DNA of 64,000 nt from Malacoraja senta (lineage: Eukaryota): NCBI GenBank assembly GCA_038087875.1, contig CM075987.1:15314001-15378000 (forward strand), given 5' to 3'. Below, piece after piece: positions 1-12,612 of the stretch; within the stretch, counting starts at the first letter, position 1; each line of letters starts with the position of its first letter. Made by a program: the position numbers and the translations under genes. The notes below the pieces were generated by a model, which saw only the letters and a program-made list of their open reading frames with translations, was not told where the DNA came from and did no database searches.

Positions 1-406
1 AGATGCTGCCTGACCCGCTGAGTTCCTTCAGCACTTTGTGTTAACATCAAGCAGGAGTAACTGGGATGCAATGTAAATGATTTAACATAGCGAGGAATCC
101 TAACCTGACAAACATGATGTATCCAGAGGCAAATCTCTTCCTTATTAATGTATAGATTCACATTCCAGGCATCGGTTCACTTTCCACGTCTTGAGTCATG
201 GAGTCAAACAGTGTGTAAACAGGCCCTTTTGGCCCATGTTGCCCACATCGGCCAACATCCCAGCTAAACTAGACCCACCTGCCTGTGCTTGGCCTACTAA
301 TGACTCTGGTCTAATAAAGACATGTTTCCCTGTTTTGCGTTCTCTGTGACGTTGGAGTATCAATCGTGGTCATGTGCATTAATATCTCACCTTTCCTTCT
401 CTGCAG

Positions 407-688
407 TTCCCCCCAGCATTGACGAGAGCTCAGGCCATCCTTCGAAGACCAAAGCAATAGTTGGTCATTCCTTGACCTTAAAGTGTTCGTCGAGCGGTTA
501 CCCACCTCCGGAGCTGTCGTGGCTCAAGGATGGTGCCCGACTGATGGGCAGTGAGAGGGTACAGATCTTGGCCAAGGGAAAGACTCTGAAGATTAAGAAC
601 GCTGGAGTGGGTGATGCTGGCACATACGTATGCATCGCTCACAGTGTCGCAGGAGAACACCAGCTTCACTACACTGTCGACATCTTGG
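407..688 (+). CDS. HMCN2: Hemicentin exon, whole Ig domain (VPPSIDESSG...HYTVDIL), phase 1-1
   Basis: ctgcag|TTCCCC acceptor; TTG G|gtagga donor; 282 nt; C..W..YVC motifs. Confidence 0.95.
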
Positions 689-1504
689 GTAGGAAGTTTA
701 TGAAAACATACTGTTAGGAGACCAGATAGGCAGCTGTTTGGCACTCTAGCTATTCTACAAGTTCAAACCTGGAGATGTATTCGAAGTCTCTCATGGCTTT
801 GGCCCCGGAGGTAGATATGTATCAGTGTCAGGGACTGTGAGTCCACACCGCAGAACATACTGGGCTGCAGAATGCCGGTGATTCCATAGGGAACCACCAG
901 CTAGTGGCAGTCTGTGTGTGTGAAAGTACACCAGCAATCTCTGTTTGCACAGGGCACAGTGGAATTGTCATATTCATAAATTATATGAGCAGAATTAGGC
1001 CATTCAGCCCATCAAGTCTACTCCACCATTCAATCTTTCCCTCTCAACCTCATTCTCCTGCCTTCTCCCCATAACCCGTGGCACTCCTGTCCGAATCAAG
1101 AATCCATCAATCTCCACCTTAAAAATATCCAATACAAGAAAAAAGAAAGGACTTGTTTGGCTGTAAATGTTTATGCTCCATCTTTTCTCAAGGAGACATG
1201 GGCCAAGGGAGAAAGTTAAATGCAATGCTAATCTTGTAGATGAAAAGTTGCCGAGACGCATATCAATTAAAAATCAAGCTACAAGTATCAACAATTTTTT
1301 TTCCATCACTTTACACCCAGCTTCTGTCCAGTAATTTTTTTTGTAATAAAATTGATAATTTAAAATTGTTGGGCTTAAAAATCAAATTTCTAAGAAGTTG
1401 AAAATCTAGTTTTTAATTTTTGCGCGGTGCTGGTTCACTGTAAAGGTGCATACCGTCACAAAAAAAACCGCTGCTTAAGTGTAAACAAAAGTGGTTCTGT
1501 GTTA

Positions 1505-1717
1505 ATAGACACAAAAAGCTGGAGTAACTCAGCGGGACAGGCAGCAACTCTGGAGAGAAGGAATGGGTGACGTTTCGGGTCGAGACCCATCTTAAGACTG
1601 AAGAACGGCCTCGACCCGAAACGTCACCCATTCCTTCTTTCCAGAGATGCTGCCTGTCCCGCTGAGTTACTCCAGCTTTTTGTGTTTATCTTCGGTTTAA
1701 ACCACCATCTGCAGTTC
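1505..1717. repeat. Palindromic Penelope-type (pLTR-like) repeat with hammerhead-like motif; representative of more than 20 copies
   Basis: About 90-bp inverted arms meeting near 1597. Other copies near 1, 2560/3060, 5588, 7210, 8365, 10222, 11585, 15098, 18579, 19495, 27582, 29695, 33478, 39383, 40735, 41988, 44612, 44917, 48250, 51340, 55200, 58832, 59718, 61702. Confidence 0.75.
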
Positions 1718-1771
1718 ACATTGGTTCTGTGTTAGATGCCACTTGGAATGTGCTGTCGATTGTCTCCACAG

Positions 1772-1877
1772 TCCCACCTCAGCTGCTGAGTGGAGATTCT
1801 TCCCCCGTGACTGTGACCATTGATAACCCACTGGAGCTGACGTGTCTCGCTTCTGGTCACCCAGCACCGAGAATAAC
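1772..1877 (+). CDS. HMCN2: Hemicentin exon, Ig N-half (VPPQLLSG...CLASGHPAPRIT), phase 1-2
   Basis: ccacag|TC acceptor; AC|gtaagt donor; absent from the ORF track in this frame. Confidence 0.93.
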
Positions 1878-2635
1878 GTAAGTCCCCTCCTTTCTCTCTT
1901 TTCCTCCCTTTCAGCTCATGAATTCCACATCACTATTAGCCTCTGGGTGGTTTTCCTTTTGTTAACCTTGCCTCTAATCCTTCCACTGATTGCCATGTCC
2001 CGCTTGCTACAGGGTATTAGGTCATATAGTCCGAGAGATCATAAGTCATAGATCAGAGGTCATAGGTCATACAACGTGGAATTAGGCCCTTCAGCCCAAT
2101 TTGTCCATGCCGGCCAAGATGTCCCATTTGTCCACGTTTGACCCATATCCCTCAAAGCTTTTCCTATCCATGTATCTGTCCAAATGTCTTTTAAATGTTG
2201 TTATAGTACCTGCCTGAGCTATGTCCTCTGATAGCTCATTCCATGAGTCATTAGCATCTTTGGAGAGAGAAATAGAGTTAATGTTTCAGCTAAATGCCTT
2301 TTCGTTCGAACAGTCTGTGTGAAATGTGGTTGTTTTTGATACGTCTGTCTGTGATCTATGATGTGGAGATACAATACACAACCCTGCTGTTAGTGTGCAA
2401 CCACACACACCTACTAATGTCACTTAGTTTGCTATTACTGAGAATATTTCACTCTCTCTGGTTACTCGAGAGTAAAACAGTTTGTTTTTACTCAACTTCC
2501 AAACAAGACTAATATTTTTCTGACTTTCTAATTGTAGTCCAGTCTTGTGAAATGAACAAAACACTCACTGCTCGAGGTACTCAGCGGGTCAGGCAGTATC
2601 TGTAAAGGGAATGGGCAGATGCTGTTTTGGGTTAA

Positions 2636-3056
2636 GGTCATAGGTGATAGGAGCAGAATTAGGCCATTCGGCCCATCAAGTCTACTCCACCATTCAATCA
2701 TGGTTAATCTATCTCTCACTCCTAACCCCATTCTCCTGCCTTCTCCCCACAACCTCTGACACCCGTTCTAATCAAAAAACTATCTATCGCTGCCTTAAAA
2801 ATATTCATTGACCTGGCCTCCACAGCCTTCTGTTGCAAAGAATTCCACAGATTCACCAGCCTCTGATTAAAGAAATTCCTCCTCATCTCCGTCCTTTAAT
2901 TCTGAGGCTATGTCCTTTAGTCCTAGGCTCTCCCACTAGTGGAAACATCCTCTCCACATCCACTCTATCTAAGCCTTCGACTATTCGGTACATTTCAATG
3001 CGGTCCCCCCTCATTCTTCTAAACTCCAGCGAGTACAGGCCCAGTGCCGTCAAACG
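2636..3056 (-). mobile_element. CR1 3' fragment splitting a Penelope-type repeat
   Basis: LGLYSLEFRRMRGDRIEMY on the minus strand. Confidence 0.85.
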
Positions 3057-3263
3057 CAAGGACAGGGTCCCTTCTTCAGACAAGTCTTCCTCAGTCTGAA
3101 GCAGTGTCACGACCCGAAATGTTGTCTGTCCATTTCCCTCCACAGATGCTGCATGACCCGCTGAGTACCTCCATCTCTTTGTGTTTTGCTCCAGATTCTA
3201 GCTCCTGCCATTTCTTGTGTCTCTTGTGTTATGAAGCGTGATCTTCTCCTTGCTCCCTGTCAG

Positions 3264-3433
3264 GTGGCTGCGGGAAGATGCTCCACTCACTGGGCACGAT
3301 GGCCCTTGGGTGCTGGCTGACCAGAGCAGGCTCTTTATTAGCCGTATAAAGCTGACGGATGTTGGTCAGTATGTCTGCCTAGCCAGAAACGAGGCAGGTG
3401 AAGTGAGAAGAGAATTTGACGTCACAGTCCATG
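3264..3433 (+). CDS. HMCN2: Hemicentin exon, Ig C-half (WLREDAP...EFDVTVH), phase 2-1
   Basis: tgtcag|G TGG; CAT G|gtaaag; DVGQYVCLARNEAG. Confidence 0.95.
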
Positions 3434-3520
3434 GTAAAGTCCTTGTAAAAACTATAGTTTATAATTGTGATTTATTCATAAATCCTAACCTTGGGCTTGC
3501 AATCAGAAATGCTTGTTTAA

Positions 3521-4077
3521 GATAAGATAAGATAAGATAAGATTCCTTTATTGTCATTCAGACCTTTCGGTCTGAACGAAACTTCGTTGCCTGCAGTCAT
3601 ACATATAATAAATAACAAAACACACAATAAACACAAATTAACATCCACCACAGTGAGTTCACCAGGCACCTCCTCACTGTGATGGAGGCAAAAGTCTTAA
3701 AGTCTCTGTCTCTTCCCTCTTTGTTCTCCCTCTGCGCTGAGGCGATCCAGGCTTCTGACGTTGTGACCCCGCCGGGTGATGGTAAGTCAGTCCCGCGGCT
3801 GAATCCGTGCTCCGTCCGCGACGGGCCGGTTCAAACTCCGCGGCCCGGGGTGGCCGAAGCTGCCGAAGTTGGCGCCCTCCAGTCCAGCGGACGCAGCTGT
3901 AGTTGCGGGAGCCCCAGAAAAACAGGTCACCCACCTGTGACCTGCGAGCTCCCGACGATGTCGTCCACTGGGCCCGCAGCCGAGCCTCCGGATTCAGGTC
4001 GCCACCAGTGTCCTCGGTCGCCACCGCCGGAACGCCGGAATGCCACCGCAGCCCCGAAGCCGGCCAGCCCCGCGCTG
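3521..4077 (-). mobile_element. GC-rich SINE-like non-LTR element with (ATCTT)n tail
   Basis: Near-identical opposite-strand copy at 29341-29692; microsatellite tail; possible GTTTAA duplication (3515-20, 4078-83). Confidence 0.75.
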
Positions 4078-5169
4078 GTTTAAATTTGTAGTGTAATAAA
4101 CCAGGACTTTCTGGGATACATGAGGCAATCTGGAATTACTTTGAAGACTCGCTCGGTGAATCCCTTGGATTTAAGTGCAATATCTTTTTTTCATAACTGT
4201 GAGTTTTGCTCCCTCCACTTTATAGGGAACTGAGAGATTTAGAGACTTGAAAGGAAATACAACTTTTAAATCCATCAAGCTCAATTTTTCTCAAGTACAC
4301 ACTGTGAGCAGTTTAGATTATTCCAACTGCTTTGGTGCCAGAAAATGCTGAGTTTTGTGTTCTCCAAAGTCAGAGCTAAAGTAACACGCTATTATAAGTT
4401 TCACTGCCAATCTTGTAAGCTGTGCCTTGTTTTGTAATGTGGTGCTTTGTACCGGCACCTCTAAAATGTATTTATCATGCTTAGCTGATTGAGGCATAGA
4501 GAGTCAAGTCAAGTCAAGTCAAGTCACTTTTATTTCAATAGCACATTTAAAAAACAACTCTTGTTGACCAAAGTGCTTTACATTGGTGGAGATACTAACG
4601 TTATACAACAGTGGTTTATAGATTAAGTACATACATAAATACATACATATAGCCCTCCCTCAGACTCCCTCAGAGAGAGTCATAGAGTCATACAGCGTGG
4701 AAACAGGCCTTCGGCCCAACTTGCCCACACCAACCAAATGTTCCCATCCACACTAGTCCCACCTACCTGCCTGTGTTTGGCCCATATCCCTCAAAACCTG
4801 TCCTATTCATGTACCTGTCTCATTCTTTCTTAAACAGTCCCTGCCTCAACTACCTCCTCTGGCAGCTCGTTCCATACACCCATCACCCTTTGTGTGAAAA
4901 TGTTACCCCACTGATTCCTATCAATTTTTTCCCCCTTCACCTTAAAATGGATAACGTAAGTGAATGAATTGGAACATTTGTTTCCTTCGACTTTGAGTTA
5001 GGTTATTATATTACATGTTAAGGTGTCCCCAACATTGGGTATTTAGTTGGAAAAAATTGTTGATAAATGTAGTTTCATTTGTAATTGATGTGAATATTGG
5101 CAGCTTTTTGTCCACAAAAAAAAAGAACTGCTTGTAAGTAAGTCCTCATTGCTCACAAGTTAAAAGGTA

Positions 5170-5280
5170 TTTTCATTACAAAGAGACTGTGCCAAAGGGG
5201 TTTAATTGGCTGTACGTTGCTTTGGGACTTCCAGAGGTTGTGCGAGATATGATCTGAATTCAAGTTTGTCTTTCATTTCC
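5170..5280 (+). mobile_element. Degraded Deu-SINE/SacSINE1-like 3' part
   Basis: cattacaa..attggctgt..gctttgggac..gaggttgtg..caagtttgtctttc resembles the recalled consensus. Confidence 0.4.
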
Positions 5281-5897
5281 TTTTAAATCTTTTCTGGCAA
5301 CCTCTAAAGGTTTAACAGAAATTCTCATCACAATACGTGCATGATTCTGCAATTTAGCCCCTGGGGACTCAGTGGTTTCCAGCTCTGTGTGTCAGGCTTC
5401 AGTTCATTCATTTCCATTTTCGATGACGGAACTAGCAACCGAGTAAGAGTTTGGATGCGCGGGATATGCAGGGAATAGGGGGATGTGGATCGCGCGCAGG
5501 CAGGCCAGGCATCACGGTTGGCACGCACGTTTGTGGGCCAGTGGGCCTGTTCCCGTGCTGTACTGTTCCATGTTGTTTCACGTAATACAACACAAAGTGC
5601 TGGGGGAACTCAGCAGGTTCAGCAGCATCAATGGAGCGAATGGACAGACTATATTTCATGTCAGGACCCATCTCCAGACTGATGGAGCAGGGGAGGAGAA
5701 AGCTGGAAAAGAGAGGTGGGGAGGTTCAAAGCAGCTGAGACTAGTTTGAATGGTGACAACTGAAATAGTTTTGCAATGAAACACACTTCACATGGAAAAA
5801 TCATCACTCTTTTGTCTCTGGATTTGATTTGTGTCATTGTCTGTCTCAAATTTGAATATATTCAGAACCATCAGGAAAGTGAAGCTGAGAGCAAGAT

Positions 5898-6296
5898 CAA
5901 AGATCCTACAGCGGAGCAAGATAGACCACTCCTGCTAAATGCAATGGGCTGACGTGTAGTACGCAACGGAGCGGAACGTGGGCCTTTTTTTCATCCATTT
6001 CTGTAACCCGACCCGACTCACGGTGTAATCAACGTTGCGGGGGAACAGTTTGTGTTAATAAATTATAATTCTGAAAATGAGGAGAAGATTTTTACCAAAG
6101 AACTTTTATTTTTACGAGGATGTTTCCGTAACCGGCTTCCGTCTCCGCACTAGTATCTTTGCTCCGCTATGGGATCTTTGGTGCGGAGACGGAAGCCGGT
6201 TACGGAAATGGGGCCGAAAATTACCCATGAATCTGCCCGTGACCGTACTACGTCTTTTTCGTCGAGTGATCTATCTTGCTCGCTATAGGGTCTTTG
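5898..6296. mobile_element. MITE with CAAAG termini and 8-bp TSD (hAT or P superfamily)
   Basis: About 33-bp imperfect TIRs; AGCAAGAT at 5890-97 and 6297-6304. Confidence 0.85.
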
Positions 6297-6344
6297 AGCA
6301 AGATAGGATTGACCATGATCTCAATGAGGAGCAGAGCAGATGAA

Positions 6345-7000
6345 GAGAGTCAAGGACGTTTAATTATCATGTGCACCAGCAACAGAACAAGGACATTCTT
6401 ACTGCAGCTTAACAGGCCTGGTATCACAATAACACACAGATAATACATAACAATTAAAAATATAATACAATAATAGCTGCAATACTAGATTCCCATAATC
6501 GTGCAAAACCAAAGTCCGTATTGCAACCGGAAATCACAGACCATTAAAGATCACAGTTGCTGAGGTTAGTGTTGTGCAGTGTTCAAGAGCCTGGTTGCTG
6601 AGAATTACCTACATTAATCCCATTTTTTATTCCCATAAACTGTTTTTGAAGCAGTTCTTGGTGATCATAGGAACATAGATGCAGGAGTAGGCCATTCGGC
6701 CCTTCGAGCCAGCACCACCATTCAGTATGATCATGGCTGATCATCCAAAATCAGTACCCCGTTCCTGCTTTCTCCCCATTCCCCTTGATTCTGTTAACCC
6801 TTAGAGCTAAATCTAACTCTCTCTTGAAAACACCCAGATCTTAAATTCTTAGGCTTTGATGCTTCTACCCGATGGTGGCAGCAAGATGAGAGCGTGGCCA
6901 GGGTGGGGTGGGTTTTTGATGATGTAGGCTGCCTTTTTGAGACTGCGTCTCCTGTAGATCCTTTCGATGATGGGGAGTTTAGTGCCCATGAGTACCAGAG
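6345..7000 (-). mobile_element. Rex1/Babar-type LINE 3' fragment with nested CR1 piece (about 6665-6835)
   Basis: KKAAYIIKNPPHPGHAL..LPPSGR. Confidence 0.75.
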
Positions 7001-7497
7001 AGTTAACAGCTTTGGGTTCCTGCGTGTGCATATCGCTGAAGATCCATCCTGTGCCCAGCACACAGATTCATTCACAGACAAAGCAGGTTGTGTGGTTAGT
7101 CCTGCTCCTGTTCTGTCATACACCCGTAACAAACTAAATGCACAATTTTAAACAAACCCACATTGAGCTCATGAAATGGCAGGACAGGAAAACACCATGT
7201 ACAGAAATATGACACAAAAAGCTGGAGTAACTCAGCGGGACAGGCAGCATCTCTGGAGAGAAGGAATGGGTGATGTTTCGGGTCGAGACCCTTCTTCAGA
7301 CTGAGTTACTCCAGCTTTTTGTGTCTATTTTCAGTTTAAACCAGCATCTACAGTTCCTTCCTACACATGTGCAGAAATATAATCTTTTATCACTTGCCAT
7401 TTTATGCGTATCGTTAACTTCCTCTACAATATTTCCTTATTCCTGCTTGAATCGCTATAATGAGGGGCCCTAATTGTTGCCTGTGTTTGGTGTCTAG

Positions 7498-7652
7498 TCC
7501 CTCCGGTGGTGATGATTGTGGGGACTGAGAGTCGGACTGTGGTCACGGGTCAGTCTGTTACATTGGAGTGCTCTGTTACTGGAATCCCAACGCCTTTGAT
7601 TACCTGGCTGAAGGGCGGACAAATGCTCCTCAGGACAAATGGGATCCTTAAG
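7498..7652 (+). CDS. HMCN2: Hemicentin exon (VPPVVMIVG...WLKGGQMLLRTNGILK), phase 1-0
   Basis: gtctag|TC; AAG|gtgagt; LECSVTGIPTP. Confidence 0.93.
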
Positions 7653-9080
7653 GTGAGTAATGACATTCTATCCGCACAGGATTGAACTGTTCCCGAATGA
7701 CCATTGATTGATGGGTTGCAGGAAGAGCAATTGATTATATATTGATTAGTACAGGAGTCAGAGGTTATGGGGAGAATGAGGTTAGGAGGGAGAGACAGAT
7801 CAGCCATGATTGAATGGCGGAGTAGACTTGATGGGCCGAATGGCCTAATTTTACTCCTATCACTTATGACCTTATGACCTTAAGAGGGGATCTGCATTGC
7901 AGCTAAGATCCAGTTCCAATCCTGACCTCCAGTACTGTCTGCGTTGTCATTCCACCTTTCCCTGTCAACATGCGGGATTCCTCCAGCGATCCGGTTTTCC
8001 GAAGATGTGTGGTGTGCCAGGTTAATTGACGACTGTAAATGATTCCTGGTGTGTCGGTGAATAGTGGCATTTTGGAGGGGGGGGGGTGGTGGGTGGTGGG
8101 GAGGTTATGCGAATAATAGAATGGGACTAATGTAGGTTGATGGTCAGCATGGATCAGTGGGCAGAAGGGCCTGTTCTTACTACATTTTTCCCTGGCTCCA
8201 TGACTGAGATTGAGCCTCCACATCGCCTTGTGCTCATTTACACTAGAGATGTCACAGGTGCTGCAGCCAGACTTAACTTGCCAGACAATTTTAACTGATT
8301 ATAAATTGAAACTGATAGAACAGTAAAACTTTGTTCATCCATCATCCGACTATTGGGAAATCCCGACCAAAACACAAAGTGCTGGAGTAAACCAGAGGGT
8401 CGGGCAGCATCTGTGGAGGGAATGGACAGATGACATTTTGGATCGGAACCATTCTTCAGATCCTTCTTTGGAAATCCCAATAGTTTGGGCATCTGGGTCA
8501 AGGTGATGTTTGCCTTTGCTCACTTCCATTCACCACAAGCCCCACTTCCCACACTTCCTGCTTCCTATGTTCGCATCCACTCACTGGGTCTCTATTCCCA
8601 CACTTCCATCCACTCACCATAACCCCGATTAGTTTAGTTTAGAGATACAGTGTGGAAATGGGCCCTTCGGCCCACCGGGTCCGCGCTGACACTATCCTAC
8701 ACACACTAGGGACAATTTACAATTTTACCAAGCTAATTAACCTACAAGCCTGTACGTCTTTGGAGTGTGGGAGGAAACCGGAGCTCCCGGAGAAAACCCA
8801 CGCAGGTCACGGGGGGGAAAGTACAACCCGTGATCAGGATCGAACCTGGGTCTCCGGCCCTGAAACTTTGCTTCAGTAGAGAAAAATAAAGACTTATTCC
8901 TGATAGATGAAAATGAAGGAAGATATAACGCCAAAGAGTGAGACTGACAAATCGTGGAGAAGAAAGAGACTGACAGATAGTGGGAGAGTTTTGCAGAAAC
9001 TCGAAGCCAAAGTCGGCTTTGGTTGTGATTCACCCTCAGACGTTGTTCTTTCTAAACCAGTCTTCTATTTTGGTTCACAG

Positions 9081-9177
9081 ATTGACAGGGTGACTCAAAA
9101 AGATGGCGGCATTTATTCTTGTGTAGCCACCAATGAGGCAGGGGAATCTGAGCAAGATGTCCGTCTAATCGTATTTG
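9081..9177 (+). CDS. HMCN2: Hemicentin exon (IDRVTQKDGGIYSCVATNEAG...IVF), phase 0-1
   Basis: tcacag|ATT; TTT G|gtaagt. Confidence 0.95.
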
Positions 9178-10534
9178 GTAAGTTTTGGAGAAAATTATAC
9201 TATCCCACAACATAAACACCCCATACAGTGAGCAGGTATTCCATCAGTTTCTCCCTTTCAAGGATATTAAAAAGCATTTCTTTTCTTGACATACAATTTC
9301 AATGAACCAATGAGATTAAACCAGGAAGTCATGATACAACTTTATTGGAGTTTGGATTGGCCGCATTTGGAGCCTTGCGTGCAGTTCAGGTTGCCCCAAT
9401 ACAGGAAGGATGTGGAGGCTTTGGAAAGGGTGCAGAACAGGTTCACCAGAATGACGCCTTGATTAGGGGATATCAGCGACAGGGAGGGGTTGGACAGACT
9501 TGGATTGCTTTCTCTGGAACGCCGGAGGTTGTGGGGAGAGCTGATAGAAGTGGTTTATGGTGGGCCGAAGGGACTGGTCCTGTGCTGTACTGTTTAATGT
9601 TTGAAGTGGAGACAGGGTGATCACAGCCCCCACAGGGCAAGTGTAAGTGGGAAAGGTAAAGTTCTCTATTTTTCATCCTGTTAATAGAGTCATAGAGTTG
9701 TACAGCACGGAAACAGGCCCTTTAGCCCACCTTGTCCATGCTGACCAAGTTGGCATAAAGGGCTAGTCCCATTTGCCTGCATTTGGCCCAATGCCCTCTA
9801 ACCCCTCCCTATCCATATATCTGTCCAATTGACTTTTAAAAATCCTAATTGGATCCACTTCTATAGCTTCCTCTGGCAGCTCCTCCCACATAGAGATGAC
9901 CCTTTGAGTTAGAAAGTTACCTCTGAGGTCCCTCTTAAATCTCCCCTCTCTCAGCTTGCACTCTAATATTAGAATAATCTACCCTGTGTGAAAGCTGTGA
10001 GCATTCATCTTATCCATGCCTGTCTTGATCTTAAAACACCTCAATACTGTCACCCCATAGCCTCCTACGTTGTAAAGAAAGAAGTCCCAACCACTCCCGA
10101 TAACGCAAGCCCAGGTAACATCCCATTGCACTTAAAATCTCACTCTGTCACATGGCAATGTATTGGACCGGGATTCAGAGGGGAAATTAAGAAAGGAACT
10201 GTTTGAGGTTGTGGACAATCACAGAAGAAGAGTCTCGACCCAAAACGTCACCTATTCCTTTTCTCTAGAGATGCTGTCTGACCCGCTGAGTTACTCCAGC
10301 TTTTTGTGTCTATCTTCGGTTTAAACCAGCAACTGCAGTTCCTTCCTACACAGAAAATTGTCAAATAGCGCGAATCCATCATAATGCTCCAAATATATCT
10401 GGGTTCATGTGCTTCACGATATATATATAAAGCTGTTCTGTGTACATTTGTCTAGCTATTACATCTCAGAACATGTTTATAAAATAATTTTACATTGAAT
10501 CATTATTTTGTGCTGTTTTATTTTTGTATTTCAG

Positions 10535-10633
10535 ACCTTCCTGTTATCGATGTGTCTGTTGATACAAATAAAAGTGTCATTGTGAATCGCTCAGTGACCT
10601 TTAACTGCATTGCCACAGGAGCCCCGACTCCTG
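10535..10633 (+). CDS. HMCN2: Hemicentin exon (DLPVIDVS...NCIATGAPTP), phase 1-1
   Basis: tttcag|AC; CCT G|gtgagt. Confidence 0.93.
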
Positions 10634-10759
10634 GTGAGTCTGAAGTGAAACCTCATTGTTTGAGTCACATTATTCCTTTATGCCTTGGGGCTATGACAGA
10701 GAAATGGCATTGTAATTTCAACAAAACAATTAGAAGTTTAGTTAGATATCAAGAATTAT

Positions 10760-11070
10760 GGGCGGCACGGTGGCGCAGTGGTAGAGTTGCTGCCTTACAA
10801 CGCCAGAGACCCAGATTTGATCCTGACTACGGGTGCTGTCTGTACGGAGTTTGTACATTCTCTGTGTGACCTGTGTGAGTTTTCACCAGGATCTCTGGTT
10901 TCCTCCCACACTCCTAAGTCATACAGGTTTGTAGGTTAATTGGCTTGGTATAATTGTAAAGTGTTCCTAGTGTGTGTTGGATAGTGCAAATGTGCGGGGA
11001 TCGCTGGTCGGCGTGGACTCGGTGGGCTGAAGGGTCTGTTTCCATGCTGTAACTCCGAACTAAACTAAAA
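10760..11070 (+). mobile_element. Full-length tRNA-derived HE1/V-SINE-type element (representative copy)
   Basis: A box TGGCGCAGTGG, degenerate B box, central domain, CR1-like 3' end, (ACTAA)n tail. Further copies near 8630, 13823, 17495, 18393, 19817, 20968, 23590, 24455, 27950, 28512, 32488, 32808, 36420, 41533, 46568, 47860, 48606, 56888, 58510, 60600. Confidence 0.9.
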
Positions 11071-11364
11071 AATGTAGAAATGTGTTACCTGCACATATGG
11101 TTGCAGCCTCTCCAATAATGTTTTTCCTACCCTGTGGTATTATTGCCAGTTGTTAAATGGGACCATTATAATTGTCATGCATTTGCCTCCCGTCTATCTC
11201 TGCCATTTCACAGATATCCAACACTTTATTTTGATGGCTTGGGTTTGAAAGTATTCAAGTTCTAAGCTCATTACCCGTAATGTATCTATAGACATGTGGG
11301 GCTTTGATAGTTATCTTGCTTTCTATCTCTGACACTAACTGATCGCTGTTCCTTCGTTATTTAG

Positions 11365-11541
11365 TGTTGACTTGGCTCAAGGGAAACCAGTTGATCACAA
11401 GTACGGCAGGTGTCAGTGTGCTGGAGGACGGAGGTATTCTACAAATACACAGTGTCCAGGTGTCCGATAGAGGCCTCTATCGCTGCCTGGCAACCAGTAT
11501 GGGTGGCAGCACAGAACTGCAATATACTTTACAGGTTTATG
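11365..11541 (+). CDS. HMCN2: Hemicentin exon (VLTWLKGN...QYTLQVY), phase 1-1
   Basis: atttag|TG; TAT G|gtgagc; DRGLYRC. Confidence 0.95.
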
Positions 11542-11944
11542 GTGAGCTGTATTCTATACACTGTATCTCTTAATGTGAAGCAGTCTGACTTAATACATAT
11601 AATTCAAACACAAAGCATTGGGGGAACTCAATGGATCAGGCAGCATCTGCGGAGAGAATGGATGGACAATGGTTTTGGGTCTTCATCAGTCTGAAGAAGG
11701 GTCTCGACCCAAAATGTTGCCTGTCCATTACCTCCACAGATGTTGAGTTCCTCCAGTACTTTGTGTTTTGCTCAAGGTTCCAGCATCTGCAGTCTCTTGT
11801 GTCTCCTTGAACAGTAACATATAATTCCTCATTCAATTAATTTAGCAGCAATGTTATGGGAAAAGTACAGAGCTGAGGCCGACTTTTTATCGGTTTAGTA
11901 AAGAAAGCTAGAGAAAGATTACCTTGCACTGTTTTAGCATCCGA

Positions 11945-12612
11945 CATGTATTCGAAATCCGGCATATCTCCAATGACTCTTTCCAATTTCTACAGATGCA
12001 CTATAGATAGCATTACAATTTGGTACAGCAATTGCCCTGCCCTAGACAAGAAACTGAAGAAAGTCATGGACACTGCCCAGTCGTTCACGCAAAGCAGCCC
12101 CCCCTGGTCCCCCATCAACTCCAATTTACACTTTACACTGCCTCAGAAAAGCAGCCAACATAATCAAGGACTTTTTTCACCGTTTTATCCCCTCTCCTGT
12201 CAGACAGAAATCATGTACCATCAGACTCAGGAACAGCTTCTTTCCCTCTGTTATCAGACTCTTGAACAAACCTCTCATTTGTTAAAGGTGTGTTCCAAAT
12301 CTTCCAATCTACCTAATTGCAGCCTTTACACTTTATTTTATCTGCACTCTCTCTGTAGCTGTGACACTACATTCCGTACACTGTTTATTTTCTCTTTTTG
12401 CACTACCTGTTGTACTACTTCTTCTGATCGAGTCCACACACAAGGTTCGAAGTTGTTCAGCGAGAGTTGAACACACTTCTCGGCATCTGCATACAATGGT
12501 GTCTGTCTTGGTGGAATGATGGGTGGAAACAGGGCCGCGACGTGAACGCTCTTTCCTTGACCCCACCTGTTGTACTCATGTATGGTATAATCTGCCTGGG
12601 TAGCACGCAAAA
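11945..12612 (+). mobile_element. Decayed Rex1/Babar-type LINE 3' fragment
   Basis: LSNFYRCTI.S..T.WY..C; TRLRNSFFP in a shifted frame. Confidence 0.75.
12417..12564 (-). mobile_element. Short retroinsertion with 12-bp duplication (ACCTGTTGTACT) and (AGA)n tail, RTE-like
   Basis: Duplication at 12405-16 and 12565-76. Confidence 0.65.

Noticed and set aside
3674-4091. Overlapping GC-rich ORFs on both strands
   Set aside because: Inside a dispersed repeat; few stops because of GC content; no domain motifs.
10760-10835. tRNA gene
   Set aside because: tRNA-like head of a SINE, continuing into SINE body and tail.
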